From assembly GCF_006345805.1 (NCBI RefSeq), contig NC_043011.1:33430464-33494463 (forward strand): a DNA stretch of 64,000 nucleotides, written 5' to 3'. Shown in pieces: positions 1 through 12,073 of the stretch; within the stretch, counting starts at the first letter, position 1, and every line of letters starts with the position of its first letter. A program made the translations under genes and the position numbers. Under the pieces are notes generated by a model, which did not search any database, was not told the origin of the DNA, and saw only the letters and a program-made list of their open reading frames with translations. The DNA is from Octopus sinensis. Lineage: Eukaryota.

Positions 1-182
1 GTAGGTCAGAAGACGGTAAAATCGAACAGCTTATAGTAACTTGCATTTTATTTCCTGCTTTCATTTTTTATGTTTAACTTTGTGGCTTATTCCATCCAAT
101 GCTCTTCTTTCACGAAACACTTTTTCTATTTCATGCACCTTATTTGTTCTGTGTTGTTTTCCTTTTCCGATGAAGATCTTTG

Positions 183-312
183 CGACAAGACCAGATATTT
201 TGGCGAAGGTAAAGATTACGCACACCCAGCGGTTAGGGTTAGGGTTACGCTGAAAACGGGTGGTTTGCGTATTCTTTACGTCCGCCGATATTTTTAGGAT
301 ATTCACATGTCG
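183..312. repeat. Imperfect palindrome around a (TTAGGG)2 core (MITE-like)
   Basis: gatattttggcgaaggtaaagattacgca...cagcg / cgctg...tgcgtattctttacgtccgccgatat flank ttagggttagggtta (233-247). Confidence 0.55.
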
Positions 313-1697
313 AAATTGTTAAATATTTCTCACGGCCTTAAATAACACAGCTTTCTGCTTTTAGTTTTTCCCTGTTTCACTTTCATTATTGCCGAGGGAT
401 AAATAATCTCGACTGCCCAAGACCCCTGTTTACATTATGGGCAGGCCTGTTTTCGTTTCAAATAACGTTTGAAAAGGGAGCAGTTTTGTTGCCTGTCTAA
501 AGTATGTATAGTGTTAAACTGCGTGAGGGATCGATAAAATTTCGTTTAATCATTAAATATTCTTCCTTTACTGATATTTGCCTTGCTATTTGCTTGTCCA
601 ACCTTCAAGAAACAGTAGCTAATTCTCCCTCAAAATACATCTACACTTTTAAATAAGGAAAGTATATATTAGATCATTTTTGCAATGCTAGAAATGACAA
701 CCCAATTTTCTTCATATAACTCTTCGCTTCCTAAATATTGATGTCTTATTTAGGCACAAATGCAGCACTTTTGAAGGGAGAGTTTTACTCTGTACCATCA
801 ACTCCAGTATTTGACTGGTACTTTTTTATCATTCCTGGAAGGATGAGAGGTAAAATTGACCTTGGCAGGATTTGAACTCTAAACCTAAAGAGTTGGAAGA
901 AATATCACAAAGCATTTCTTCCTACTCACAATTCTACCAGCATAATGGTTTATGTCCCGCATTTAGGGGTCCACTATAATCTATTTATCCTCTTGCCAAA
1001 TTTCTTAGAAACTGTTAATATGAGAGAATGCTGAAAAGTTCCTGGCTTTAAGAGTATCATGAAAGGCCTGATTGTAGGCCCAACCTTTCAAATTCTTTCA
1101 CAGGGCTTAGAAAAACTGAAGGACCACTGCAATAAGTGTGTGAATCTGAGAAGAGAAAATGTTAAATAAAATCATAATTAACTGATCCTCCTGTATTTTC
1201 TTTTACCCAAAGCCAGGAAGATTGGAAACAAAAGCAGGATCATTACTGCACTGAACAAAGTGTTTAGCAGCATTGTCAACTTTGCTTTTCACTTGATAAA
1301 ACAAGTACCAGTTAAGCACTGGGTTTGATATTATCAACTCCTCCCTCTCAAAATTGTTGGCCCTGTGCCAAAATTAGAAAGAATTATTATTGAGGGTAGA
1401 TTGCAAGATTTATTAGAGCATCGGAGAAAATGCTTTATAGTATTTAGTTACAGCCCTTTACATTCTGAGTTCAAATTCTGTTAAAGTCAACTTAGCTTCT
1501 CAGCCTTCTGTAGTTGATACGATAAAGTATTTTACAGTGAAGTATTGGAGTTATATAACTAATTGTTTCATTTTTGACTGATCCCTTTCTGCCAAATTTC
1601 TGTCTTTCTGGGTTCAATAAATATTGTGCCAGTTAAATACTTGGGTTCAATTTAATTGACTAACTCCTACAACCTCCCACGAAGTTCTTCTAAAAAT

Positions 1698-2002
1698 TAT
1701 TACCTTTGCCTTAGCGAAGGTGGAGGTATTGATTTGGATGAAATTTTCAGAGATGTTTGGCCTCAGGACTGGTACGAGTTGACTAGATTTTGGTATTGAT
1801 CCAGTATGGGACAAGGATTCCAGATTATTTTCCTTGTTTTTTTACTTAACTTATGAAAGGGGTCGGGTTTTTAGTATTCTTGTTTGTGAGAGCAGTCAAG
1901 TATATTTCAGATATTCTCATTTTAAAAATCATCTCCGGCTAACCATTGAGAGGACGTTGGTGTTGCCTTGGCAGAGGTTTGCGCTCTCTGAGTGCTCTTG
2001 TT
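1698..2002 (+). mobile_element. Helentron/HINE-like non-autonomous element
   Basis: 5' tacctttgccttagcgaaggtggaggt hairpin; 3' ttggcagaggtttgcgctctctgagtgctcttgtt. A second copy lies at about 28975-29194. Confidence 0.55.
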
Positions 2003-2505
2003 ATTATTATCATTAACATATATTCAACAGTTTCCCGCCAGTCTCTCCTGCATTGACAGGTGCACATTTGTGTTCCTGAGGCATTGTTATTGTGACAACA
2101 AAGTGGAACTGATTAGATATAATATGCAAATGCATTTCTTTTGAATTACTTTTTTCTATGCTACATTTATTTAGCTTTGTTGCTTGTATTTGTTCTGTTG
2201 GCTACGTTGCTATTTTTTGTACTTCGTCTGTTTGGAACATGTGCTGTGGAGTGGGGATTATGTAATTTTGTTACTTACCTTTTAAGTAACCCTAGCCCTA
2301 ACTTAATTCCAAGATTCATCTCAGATACTCGGGGATGCATCATCAGTGATGTTCCTGGAGTCTCAGAGGATTTCATGGCTTTCAACATCAGATCCTCTTG
2401 TTTAGTTAACCAAGCTGGGGTTGATCAAGTCCTAGCTTGCTTCCCAGTAAATTACTGATCTGCCCTCTTAGTCCAAAGCCATTTATCAGAGCACTATGGT
2501 GGAGG

Positions 2506-2930
2506 TAGCGAACTGGCAGAATCATTAGCACTCCAATGTCCTGAGTTCAAATTCAATGTCTTCAAGTCCTGTGTTCAAATTCCGCCAAGGTCGACTTTGC
2601 CTTTCATTCTTTCGGGGTCGATAAATTAAGTACCAGTTATGCACTGGGGTCGATGTAATCGACTTAGTCCCTTTGTCTGTCCTTGTTTGTCCCCTCTGTG
2701 TTTAGCCCCTTGTGGGCAATAAAGAAATAAGAATCATTAGCACTCCAATGTCCTGAGTTCAAATTCATTGTCTTCAAGTCCTGAGTTCAAATTCTGCCAT
2801 GGTCAGCTTCGCATTTCATCCTTTTGGGGGTCAATAGAATAAATACCAATTGAATACAGGACGATGTAATCAACTTGATCCCTTCTTCTCAAAATTGCTG
2901 ACTTTGTGCCTAAATTTCAAATTAATGAGT
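2506..2930 (+). mobile_element. SINE family B composite (young copy within an older copy)
   Basis: Core gtcgactttgcctttcat..ggggtcgataaattaagtaccag, tail ...gtgggcaataaagaaata, then a second, decayed core. Confidence 0.75.
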
Positions 2931-3334
2931 TAAATAGAGATTAATAAAATAAATACTGAGGTTGATATGATTCACTAAAACCCAACATGGCCACAAAGTT
3001 GTAACTAAACCGAGAAGAAGAATAAGAATATACAATGGGTGTGTGCACGTGTGTATCATCATCATCATCATCATCATTTTAGTGTTGACTTTGTCATGCA
3101 AGCTTGGCGAAGAGAGTTTGTTGAAGCAAGTTTTCTACAGTCAGGTGTTCTTCTTGTCACCAACCCTCACTTATTTCCGAGTAAAGTAATATTCCCACAT
3201 GGAGGGACATGTGCCCATGGAAGGTTGGAAACAAAGAACATGACCTCTATGATTGTGACACTCGTTTACCACAATCATATGATGTCAAGACAAGGAGACA
3301 TAAAATCACTCACATACATACATATATATATATA

Positions 3335-3729
3335 GGTGCAGGAGTGGCTGTGTGGTAAGTAGCTTGCTTACCAACAACATGGTTCTGGGTTCAGTCCCAC
3401 TGCATGGCACCTTGGGCAAGTGTCTTCTACTATAGCTTCGGGCCGACCAAAGCCTTGTGAGTGGATTTGGTAGACGGAAACTGAAAGAAGCCCGTCATAT
3501 AAATGTGTATATATATGTTTGTGGGTCTGTGTTTGTTCCCTCCAACATCGCTTGATAACCGATGCTGGTGTGTTCACATCCCCGTAACTTAGCAGTTCGG
3601 CAAAAGTGACCGATAGAATAAGTACTAGGCTTACAAAGAATAAGTCCTGGGGGTCAATTTGCTCAACTGAAGGCGGTGCTCCAGCATGGCCACAGTCAAA
3701 TGACTGAAACAAGTAAAAAGAGTAAAAGA
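3335..3729 (+). mobile_element. tRNA-derived SINE family A, full length
   Basis: A box tggctgtgtgg, B box ggttcagtccc, CORE-like ggcaccttgggcaagtg, (gtaaaaga)n tail. More than 12 copies in the window. Confidence 0.85.
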
Positions 3730-3730
3730 A

Positions 3731-3768
<38 letters not shown>

Positions 3769-4558
3769 CAGACTTCTTTCAGTTCCCAATCTTCCAAATT
3801 CACTCACAAGATTTTGGTTGGCCTGGAGCTAAAAACACTTACACAAGATGCATAAAAGTGGGACTGAACTTAGAACCAAGTGGTTAGGAAATAACTTAAC
3901 AGCTGTAAGATCTTTTCTTTATAAATGTTCTGAAAACTATTTATAGCCTTGGATTTTTTTTTTATCTCATTCTCTCAATTTATATATATATTTTTCTATC
4001 ATTTGGTTCAGTTCTATTTTCAGTTTTTATGTTTTTACTGCAACAAATAAATGCCTTGGCTTCATTTTTAATGAGATGTTCAATGTTTCTCCAGTAGCAC
4101 TGACACAGTATACAGGTTTGTGCAGGAAAATCATGGCAGGGGTTTAAAAATAGTTTATTGATTAGTAGATATTGCTTTTGTTAAGACTCCTGTTGGGTGC
4201 TTAGATCCGGATGCATGGTTGTTGAGTTTTAGCCCCAGGTTAGCCATATTAAATCTTTAGTCAAAAGTGTGCCAAGCATGACTATCCTGTTATGTATTTT
4301 CAACGTGTCCTTTCACTCATAAATGAAAGGGTGTGATTTGAGAGAGAGATTTAACTGCTATTTCTCTCATTGGTTCATAGTTTTGTGGTGGTTGTCACGA
4401 ATGTTGTTTGGGCCCAGGTCAGGCTTAATTGAACAGACATAATCAAAGGCATTCCATCCATGGCCATCCCATCTTTTTTTCGATATGAAGGGAACTTGGA
4501 GTCACATTTGGGGTTTCTTTTCCTGAAATGGTGTGGTGTGATTTGAGTTATTATTTCT

Positions 4559-4777
4559 TATTTCTTTATTGCTCACAAGGGGACAAACAAGGACAGACAA
4601 AGGGATTAAGTCGATTACATCGACCCCAGTGCATAACTGGTACTTAATTTATCTACCCCGAAAGGATGAAAGGCAAAGTCGACCTTGGCAGAATTTGAAC
4701 TCAGAACGTAACGGCAGACGAAATATCGCTAAGCATTTCGCCCGGTGTGCTGACGTTTCTGCCAGCTCGCCGCCTTA
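4559..4777 (-). mobile_element. SINE family B, full-length monomer with 13-bp TSD
   Basis: Flanked by agttattatttct at 4546-4558 and 4778-4790. Confidence 0.85.
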
Positions 4778-4827
4778 AGTTATTATTTCTAGTAGGCTGC
4801 TAGTCTGTTGCAATTAATATTTATCTT

Positions 4828-5170
4828 TTATTTTTTACTTGTTTCGGTCATTAATCTGTGGCCATGCTGGGGCACTGCCTTGAGGAATATTTTAACCTAA
4901 CAAATCAACCCCAGTATTTATTTTCTTTTTAAGCCTGATATTTATTCTCTTTTGCCAAACCGCTAAGTTACGGAGATATAAATACGCCAACACTGATTGT
5001 CAGGTGGTGGTGAGGGACAAAGACAGACAGACACACACACACGCACATACATACACACACAGATATATACATACAGTGGGCTTCTTTCAGTTTCCATCTA
5101 CCAAGTCCATTCACAAGGAGCCAACCAGTGTGCTGCATAGTGGGACTGAACCCAAAATATGCAACTAGGA
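4828..5170 (-). mobile_element. SINE family A, decayed
   Basis: tttacttgtttc...ggccatgctgg...ttctttcagtttccatctacca...gggactgaaccc. Confidence 0.7.
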
Positions 5171-5454
5171 AAAAACTCCATAATCATACCATTTCTGCAT
5201 ATAGATTTGGAAACTAGTGGTATATTGACATAATATACCATAAGTCATGTGAATTAATGATTATCGTCTTTGTCGTCACCACCACCACCACCACCACGTG
5301 CATCCACTTTTTTATGCTAGCATGGAATGGACAGGCTGACAGTTGGAATCAGTTGTTATTGCCCTCCTAGACAGTTAGATGGCCACCGCTTGCACTTATG
5401 TTCCATTTGTAGTATGTTTTCTACATTTGGACCCTTTTTTATTTTTGGCTAGTG

Positions 5455-5975
5455 TACACATTGTGGGGTCTCACTATTACTGGGGATCTCTCTTGGCTAA
5501 AGCACATCCTTAAGATAGCCACAATTGCATCTCAATGGCTAGGTCTTCTCTCCAAAGCCAAAAGATACTTCGTCCCCCAACACTTACAGATACTCTATAA
5601 AGATCAAGTGAAGCCCATGCTGGAGTATTGCTGTCACATCCAGAACAGCACTGCTGCTGCTACTTCACATACAAACATCTTAGATCACATCCAGGAAAAG
5701 TCACTTATTTGATTGGTCTAAAGTCACTCACAGGCACACTCCAGCCTCTAGTCCACTGCTGTGTGTTCTCTCTCTCTCTGCTCTGCTTTTACTACGCTAA
5801 TGGATTCTGCTCCTCAGATTTGTGGGGAGGGCTCATGTTATTTTTACGCAAGCATTCCCATCCAGCTCGTTTCTCCTCTTCTCACCATCCTTGTGTCCAA
5901 ATTCAGTCCCAAGCCCCAAACTGATCACTAGCTCGGTCCATTCTTCCTAGAATGTTGACCCTCTGGTATCCCCTC
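5455..5975 (+). mobile_element. LINE reverse-transcriptase C-terminal fragment (Jockey/CR1 group), decayed
   Basis: DLSWLKHI...KAKRYF...LQILYKDQVKPMLEYCCHI...LDHIQ, then frameshifted LQPL..C.FSLSLLCFYYANGFCSSDL. Typical LINE ORF2 end. Confidence 0.7.
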
Positions 5976-6391
5976 TCTGCTCATACCTTTCCTTCAGGTA
6001 TGGAACATTAGCAGTAGTAGTAGTAGTATGGGGGAATGCACTTTGATAGTACATCCACCATCTGTTAGTGATTCCCTACTCCTTCCAACCTATGGGTCTG
6101 TTTTGGTAGGCATTGCTAGTAAGGGTTTAACAAGGGTGGAGTGCAAATCTTTCCTCAACCTCTTTTAGTCGCCTTTTACACAAGCAGAGGAAATGTTGGG
6201 CCTAGTTTTTGAAATAGTATGAGAGCAATGTGAAGTGAAGTGTTTTACTCAAGGACTCAATGCACAGCCTAATCTGGAAATTGAACCTATGATCTGGTAA
6301 CCATGAGTGCAACACCCTAAACACTTGGCCATGTGCCTTCACTACATTATTAACATAAAACTCTCTGGCCTAGGCAGAGTCTGTTAGGCCA

Positions 6392-6614
6392 TAGGCGAGC
6401 TGGCAGAACCGTTAGCACACCGGGCAAAATGCTTAGCGGTATTTCGTCTGCCTATACGTTCTGAGTTCAAAATTTCGCTGAGGTTGACTTTGTCTTTCAT
6501 CCTTTCGGGGTCGATTAAATAAGTACCAGTTACGCACTGGGGGTCGATGTAATCGACTTAATCCGTTTGTCTGTCCTCTCTGTGTTTAGCTCCTTGTGGG
6601 TAGTAAAGAAATAG
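6392..6614 (+). mobile_element. SINE family B monomer
   Basis: ggcgagctggcagaaccgttagcac head, core, tail gtagtaaagaaata. Confidence 0.8.
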
Positions 6615-7032
6615 GCACTACCTACCTCTTCCTCCAGGCCTATCAAGTAAAAAAAAAAATTAATAAATTGTGGGTGCATTTTATGGCACTTGTACTTGAG
6701 AGGTTGTCTTGTCCCTGTTAAAGAGGTTCCCTTGTCTTCTCTCAGCTCATCACTGTTGTCTTTCATTATTGTCTCTGTTCATATGGTTACATTTCTATAT
6801 ATATGTATATATATATATCAAAATTTATTACAGACGGGTTTTATACGGTGTGGCTGTGTGGTAAGAAACCTGCTTTTCAACCACATGGTTCTTTTCAACC
6901 ACTTTTAAAGGGACACTACTTTTGGTTCTGCTGTGGGCAGTATGTGTATTTTGTAGTTGTCCAGGGGCAGCAATCGGAAGGACCGCCCTGGTGGCACACA
7001 TTAGCTACGCTAGTGGGCAGGGTCTAACAATA

Positions 7033-7424
7033 CTCTTTTACTCTTTTACTTGTTTCAGCCTTTAGTCGAGCAAATCGACCCTGGGACTTATTTTTTGTAA
7101 GCCTAGTACTTATTCTGTCGGTCTCTTTTACTGAACCGCTAAGTTACGGGGACGTAAACACACCAGCATCAGTTGTCAAGAGATGTTGGGGGGACAAACA
7201 CAGACACACAAACATACACACACACACACTCACACACTATATATATATATATATATATACATATATACGATGGGCTTCTTTCAGTTTCCGTCTACCAAAT
7301 CCACTCACATGGCTTTGGTCGGCCCGAGGCTATAGTAGAAGACACTTGCCCAAGGTGCCACACAGTGGGACTGAACCTGGAACTATGTGTTTGGTAAGCA
7401 AGCTACTTACCACACAGCCACTCC
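7033..7424 (-). mobile_element. SINE family A, full length
   Basis: Reverse-complement match to 3335-3729. Confidence 0.85.
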
Positions 7425-8394
7425 TTAGTGATTTTGATCTCATTAAAACTTTTGTACAATTTTTTTACTGCTCCTGCTGCTTGCCTCAGTGAACTCTGAA
7501 ATCCCTCACTAAACCTTTTTAGAACATGGTGTATTGAACAAATGAGAGTTAAATATTTACAAGTGTCATTACTGGAATTTGAACCACTGGCTTGCTACTT
7601 CAATTCACAATTGTGCATCTAAATACAATTACAATTGTTCTTATAGCTTAACCCACATCAAGCAGATGCACTGCAGAACATCATTGTTGTAGTTTGGTTC
7701 CAGGTGTACTGATCAAATGTAGCTATGGTCAAAAGCATTCCTGTGCAATACTATAGAGGTTTTTTTTTTTCATTTGAACAATTACAATTTGTTTTGCCGA
7801 GAGAACATATTGCATAGATAACTGTAATATATTGATTAATAACATTGGCGCAAGACCACACTCTCCTGGTGGAGTTAATAGTTTGTTAAATCAATTCTAG
7901 TACTTGACTGGTATTTAGTATATCAACACGGCAATAATGAAAAACACGAAATGTATGAGTCAGTTGGAAATTAGGCTATCATATGTGCCATCTGTTGTCA
8001 CATTATTTAACTGGTACAGCTACACTTAAAAACATATTTCTAATGTAGCAAGCAATGAAAGCAATTAATGTAGGCTAATAGCCTATAAAATTTTACTTCT
8101 ACAGTGAAGAAACCTCTACCAGGTCACATAGCCTGCTAGATAGAGTAAACAAATCTTCAATATGCTCCAAACTTTGATCCACAGATGTGCTGTTTCTTTT
8201 CTCTACATTTTTTAACAAATTGATGCATTAGCCCTTTCTCCTCTTTACATTGTCCTTCTGGAATTCCATTCTTGCACTCATTATCTTGTAAATGTTCAGG
8301 CAGGTGCAATGATAACCATGTCGATCTCACTGGTCTCAAAATATTATATGTGTGTGTGTGTGTGTGCTGGTGGAACATAAAAAACACTATCCGA

Positions 8395-8612
8395 ATGTGC
8401 TCAATGCCAGGCCCGCCTGATTGGCTCCTGTCCTGGTGGCACGTAAAAAGCACCCACTATACTCTCAGAGTGGTTGGCATGAGGAAGGGCATCCAGCTGT
8501 AGAAACATTGCCAGATCAGATTGGAGCCTAGTGCAGCTGCTGGCTTTCCAGACCTCAGTCAAACTGTCCAACCTATGCCAGCATGGAAAACGGATGTTAA
8601 ATGATGATGATG
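8395..8612 (+). mobile_element. Short retroposon family D with (GAT)n tail (RTE-type 3' end)
   Basis: gggcatccagctgtagaaacattgccagatcagattggagcc...ccatgccagcatggaaaacggatgttaaatgatgatgatg. Other copies at about 9282-9415 (-), 34800-34926 (+) and 34960-35110 (+). Confidence 0.7.
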
Positions 8613-8619
8613 AACCATG

Positions 8620-8938
8620 CAGTTAAGAGGCTTGCTTCCCAACAACTTAGTTTCTGGTTCAGTCCCAAAGCTTTGTGAGTGGATTTGGTAGACGGAAACT
8701 GAAAGAAGCCCATCGTATATATGTATGCGTGTGTGTATGTCTGTTTGTCCCCTCAAAATCGCTTGACAACCAATGCTGGTGTGTTTACGTCCCCGTAACT
8801 TAGCGGTTCGGCATAAGAGACCGATAGAATAAATACTAGGCTTACAAAGAATAAGTCCTGGGGTCGATTCGTTCGACTAAAGGCAGTGCTCCAACATGCC
8901 CACAGTCAAATGCCTGAAACAAGTAAATGAGTAAAGAG
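8620..8938 (+). mobile_element. SINE family A, internally deleted
   Basis: ggttcagtccc|aaagctttgtgagtgg junction lacks the CORE-like part; the 3' body is intact. Confidence 0.75.
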
Positions 8939-9043
8939 CCTGAATTGAAACAGCTGTAAGGGATGTTTGTCAAATTTTAAATTAATAAATAATAATTTAT
9001 TAATTACCTTTCTATTCTCTCTCATATATATATATATATATAT

Positions 9044-9174
9044 ATTTATTTTATAGAAGGAGCTTCTACGGGACTAGAACTGTTTCATTCAAATGAAATC
9101 ATCAGGAAGCTTGCTGATGATTTCATTGAATGAAACAGTTCTAGTCCTGTAGAAGCTCCTTCTATAAAATAAAT
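9044..9174. ncRNA. 131-bp palindrome made of two inverted type I hammerhead-ribozyme-like motifs
   Basis: The arms differ by one substitution and one indel around a central g-AAGCTT-g. Each arm reads CTGATGA-(11-12 nt)-GAAA-CAG-loop-C(T/C)G-TA-GAAGCT, with stem I AGCTT(C/G)/GAAGCT. Confidence 0.6.
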
Positions 9175-9240
9175 TAATTTACTCTGCTATGTATTGAGTA
9201 TCTTATTACTGTGGTTAACACCGACTCAACCCGGGACCTA

Positions 9241-9278
<38 letters not shown>

Positions 9279-9429
9279 ATCATTTAGCATTTGCTTTCCA
9301 TGCTGGCATGGGTTGGATGGTTTGACTGAAAACTGGTAAGCTGGGGAGCTGCACCAGGTTCCAATCTGATCTGGCATGGTTTCTACAGCTGGATGCCCCT
9401 CCTAAAGCCAAAGCAAACTTCTTACCAAA

Positions 9430-9800
9430 CATAGGCACAGGCATAGGTGTGCGGTAAGAAGTTTGCTTCCCAACCACAGGGTTCCAGTTTCACTCCTACT
9501 GTGTGGCACCTTGGGTAAGTAAGTGTCTTCTACTCTAGGCTCAGGCTGATTAAAACTTTGTGAGTGGATTTGGTTGATGGAAACTGACTGAAAAAAGCCC
9601 GTTGTGTGTGTGCTTGTGTTTGTCCCTGCCCCCACCCCTTGATAACCAGTACTGGTGTGTTTATAGCCCCATAACTTTGAAGTTCCGCAATAAGTTCCAC
9701 GCTTAAAAAGAAAATGAATATTGGAGTCAATTAGTTCAATTAAAATTCCTCAAGGCGATGCCCCAGTATGACCACAGTCTAATGGCTGAAACAAGTAATA
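9430..9800 (+). mobile_element. SINE family A
   Basis: gtgcggtaagaagtttgcttcccaacc...ggcaccttggg...gaaacaagtaa. Confidence 0.75.
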
Positions 9801-10078
9801 AATAATTAAATATATTTCCTATAGACACACCCATGCAGTGTTTGCCTTTATATATATATTTTTTTTATTATTCCAAATCTTAATATCGCTTAAATCACAT
9901 TTAAGATGAAAGGCTGCATGCTGAATTCTCACCAATGGTTAATTACAATGACCATTATTGTTTGTGAAATTGCATGAGATCGTAGGTATGTTATGAGTAA
10001 CCTATTAAACGAATCTGGTACTAATATTTCAGAATTCACCTAGTTACCAATTCAATAGTATATTTTCTGTTTCTACAG

Positions 10079-10106
10079 GTGAAGTGAACTCGTTTAGTAT
10101 TTTAAG
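10079..10106 (+). other. Candidate 28-nt 5'UTR micro-exon of the BTB gene
   Basis: tattttctgtttctacAG acceptor, 28 nt, then AAG|gtgagg donor. Splice signals only; no transcript evidence. Confidence 0.35.
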
Positions 10107-10942
10107 GTGAGGTCCACTCAATATACACACGCCTTTAAAATTTGTATTTTTATTTATTTATTTTTTTTGTCGAATATTTTGTTTGCTTATTTTCTCTCTT
10201 TCTCGCTCTCTCTCTTTCACATATATACTATGAAGGATTTTCTTTTGAAGTTTAATATTGAGCTTTTTTTTCTTTAAAGCAAATTCATTTTTATTTCATT
10301 TTTTCCTGTAAGTGGAAAAAAGGGAAATAACTATTACTTATGGAAAGAGAGAGAGAGAGAGAGAGACGGAAGGGAAACAACGTTGATACTGATTGAAAAT
10401 TAAGGTCCCTTAGAATTATGGGAATCAAATATGAAGTTTGGCTACTTGAACACCTACCATGCAGGGAGGGGGAATAACTCAGATGTTTTTATTTTTTTTT
10501 AAACTTGTTTTTATCACCAACTATACTGTTTTCTTCAGTGGTTTTCCTACCTTTTCTTTTCACCTTCTCCATTCTCTCACTTGTTACATTCACACCTAAT
10601 CACACAACTCCCTCCCACACTGGTACCCCTCTACATACCCCAGAAACCACCTACGCCATTACCCTCTCTTCCTGACTTGTTGTTCCCATAGAACCACATA
10701 CCCATCTGTCCCCTAAACATTTATTTGTTTCTCTCCACCACCTTTCCTCTTTTTTTTTTTTTCACTTTTAGATGAAAGCCTCGCTTCTGAAACATTGGAC
10801 TCTTTCCCTTTCAATTGTTATAATAATAATAATAATAATAATATTTTTGTTCAACTCATTCCTCTCGTGTTTTTCTTCATTATAAACATATATATCTAGA
10901 TTACTGATAATTGTGAATAAATATATGTATACAGAATCATGT

Positions 10943-11245
10943 GGAGGTGCAATGACCCAGTGGTTAGAGCAGCGGACTCGCAGTCGGAAGATCACAGTTT
11001 CGATTCCCAGACCGGGCGTTGTGTGTGTTTATTGAGCAAAAACACCTGAAAGCTCCACAAGGCTCTGGCAGGGGGTGGTGGCGATCCCTGTTGTACTCTT
11101 TTGCACAACTTTCTCTCACTCTCTCTTCCTGAGTAATGCTGCGATGGACTGGTGTCCCGTCCAGCTGGGGGGAACACATACACCACAGAAGCCAGGAAAC
11201 CGGGCCCATGAGCCTGGCTAGGCTTGAAAAGGGCAACGAAAAAAA
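10943..11245 (+). mobile_element. tRNA-derived SINE family C with V-domain-like 3' part
   Basis: ggaggtgcaatgacccagtggttag head, gtttcgattccc B box, gcgatggactggtgtcccgtccag motif. Copies at 27680-27987 and 11880-12073 (-). Confidence 0.75.
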
Positions 11246-11879
11246 TTCAGAATCATACTGTATTTAGTATCTCTGGACTCAGGTATACATGCATACACTC
11301 ATATATATATATACACCCATACATTTAGGTCCTTGCATATTCTGAGATGCATAAAGTTCCAAGTCTCTATCAGCATGATTGATCTGCTGCAGTTCTTTCT
11401 ATGCTTGTCTAATGGTACTTGTGCATTTGAACACTTGTTGGAGTGTTCAGTACCAGGTTTTCTTAGATACACCCTTTTCCCATTTACCTTCTTCCAGTGT
11501 CCACACTGTATGCCAGACTCAGCATATGCATACATATACCCATTCACTTTAACATTTATGTATTTGTATATACAACCAAGTTCATATGCATACACTTACA
11601 CATGCATGCTCTCACAATAAAACCTAATCTAAATCAGGTCATTTGTAAACAAACATAAGTTTGTTTTTGAAGCGTTGAAATGTATTCTAGAACAAGTAGA
11701 AAGATATATTTTTCAACACGTAAATACTGAACATATATAAAGTAAGTAGCTTGCTTACCAACCATATGGTTCTGGGTTCAGTCCCACTGCATGGCACCTT
11801 GGGCAAGTGTCTCCTACTATAACCTCAAGCCAACCAAAGATATATATATGTGCGTTATAATAATAATAAGAAATATAAT

Positions 11880-12073
11880 ATAATAAGAAACAGGTAGACA
11901 GAGTGAGAGAAAGTTGGGGTGAAAGAGTACAAGAGTCGCACCCCTCACCCCACCGCACCCCTGCCGGAGCCTTGTGGAGCTTTAGGTGTTTTCGCTCAAT
12001 AAACACGCAAAACGCCCTGTCTGGGAATCAAAACCGCGAGTCTGCTGCCCTAACCACTGGGCCATTGCGCCTC
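11880..12073 (-). mobile_element. SINE family C, 5' portion
   Basis: Reverse complement of the family C head (ccctaaccactgggccattgcgcctcc). Confidence 0.7.

Noticed and set aside
233-247. TTAGGG repeats as a telomere or interstitial telomere
   Set aside because: Only 2.5 units, and they form the loop of a palindrome.
3039-3335. Poly-His ORF
   Set aside because: The His run is the (CAT)n tail of a retroposon.
3335-3410. tRNA genes at SINE heads (also 10943, 27680, 28426)
   Set aside because: A and B boxes are present but there is no full cloverleaf, and each continues into a SINE body.
8938-8965. GAAACAGCTGTAAGG, 3' half of a minimal hammerhead
   Set aside because: No CTGANGA upstream (a SINE occupies the position), so it cannot be supported.
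10769-10799. Penelope-type minimal hammerhead remnant (agatga..gaaacatt)
   Set aside because: C3/U4 are absent and stem I cannot form. At best a dead relic.
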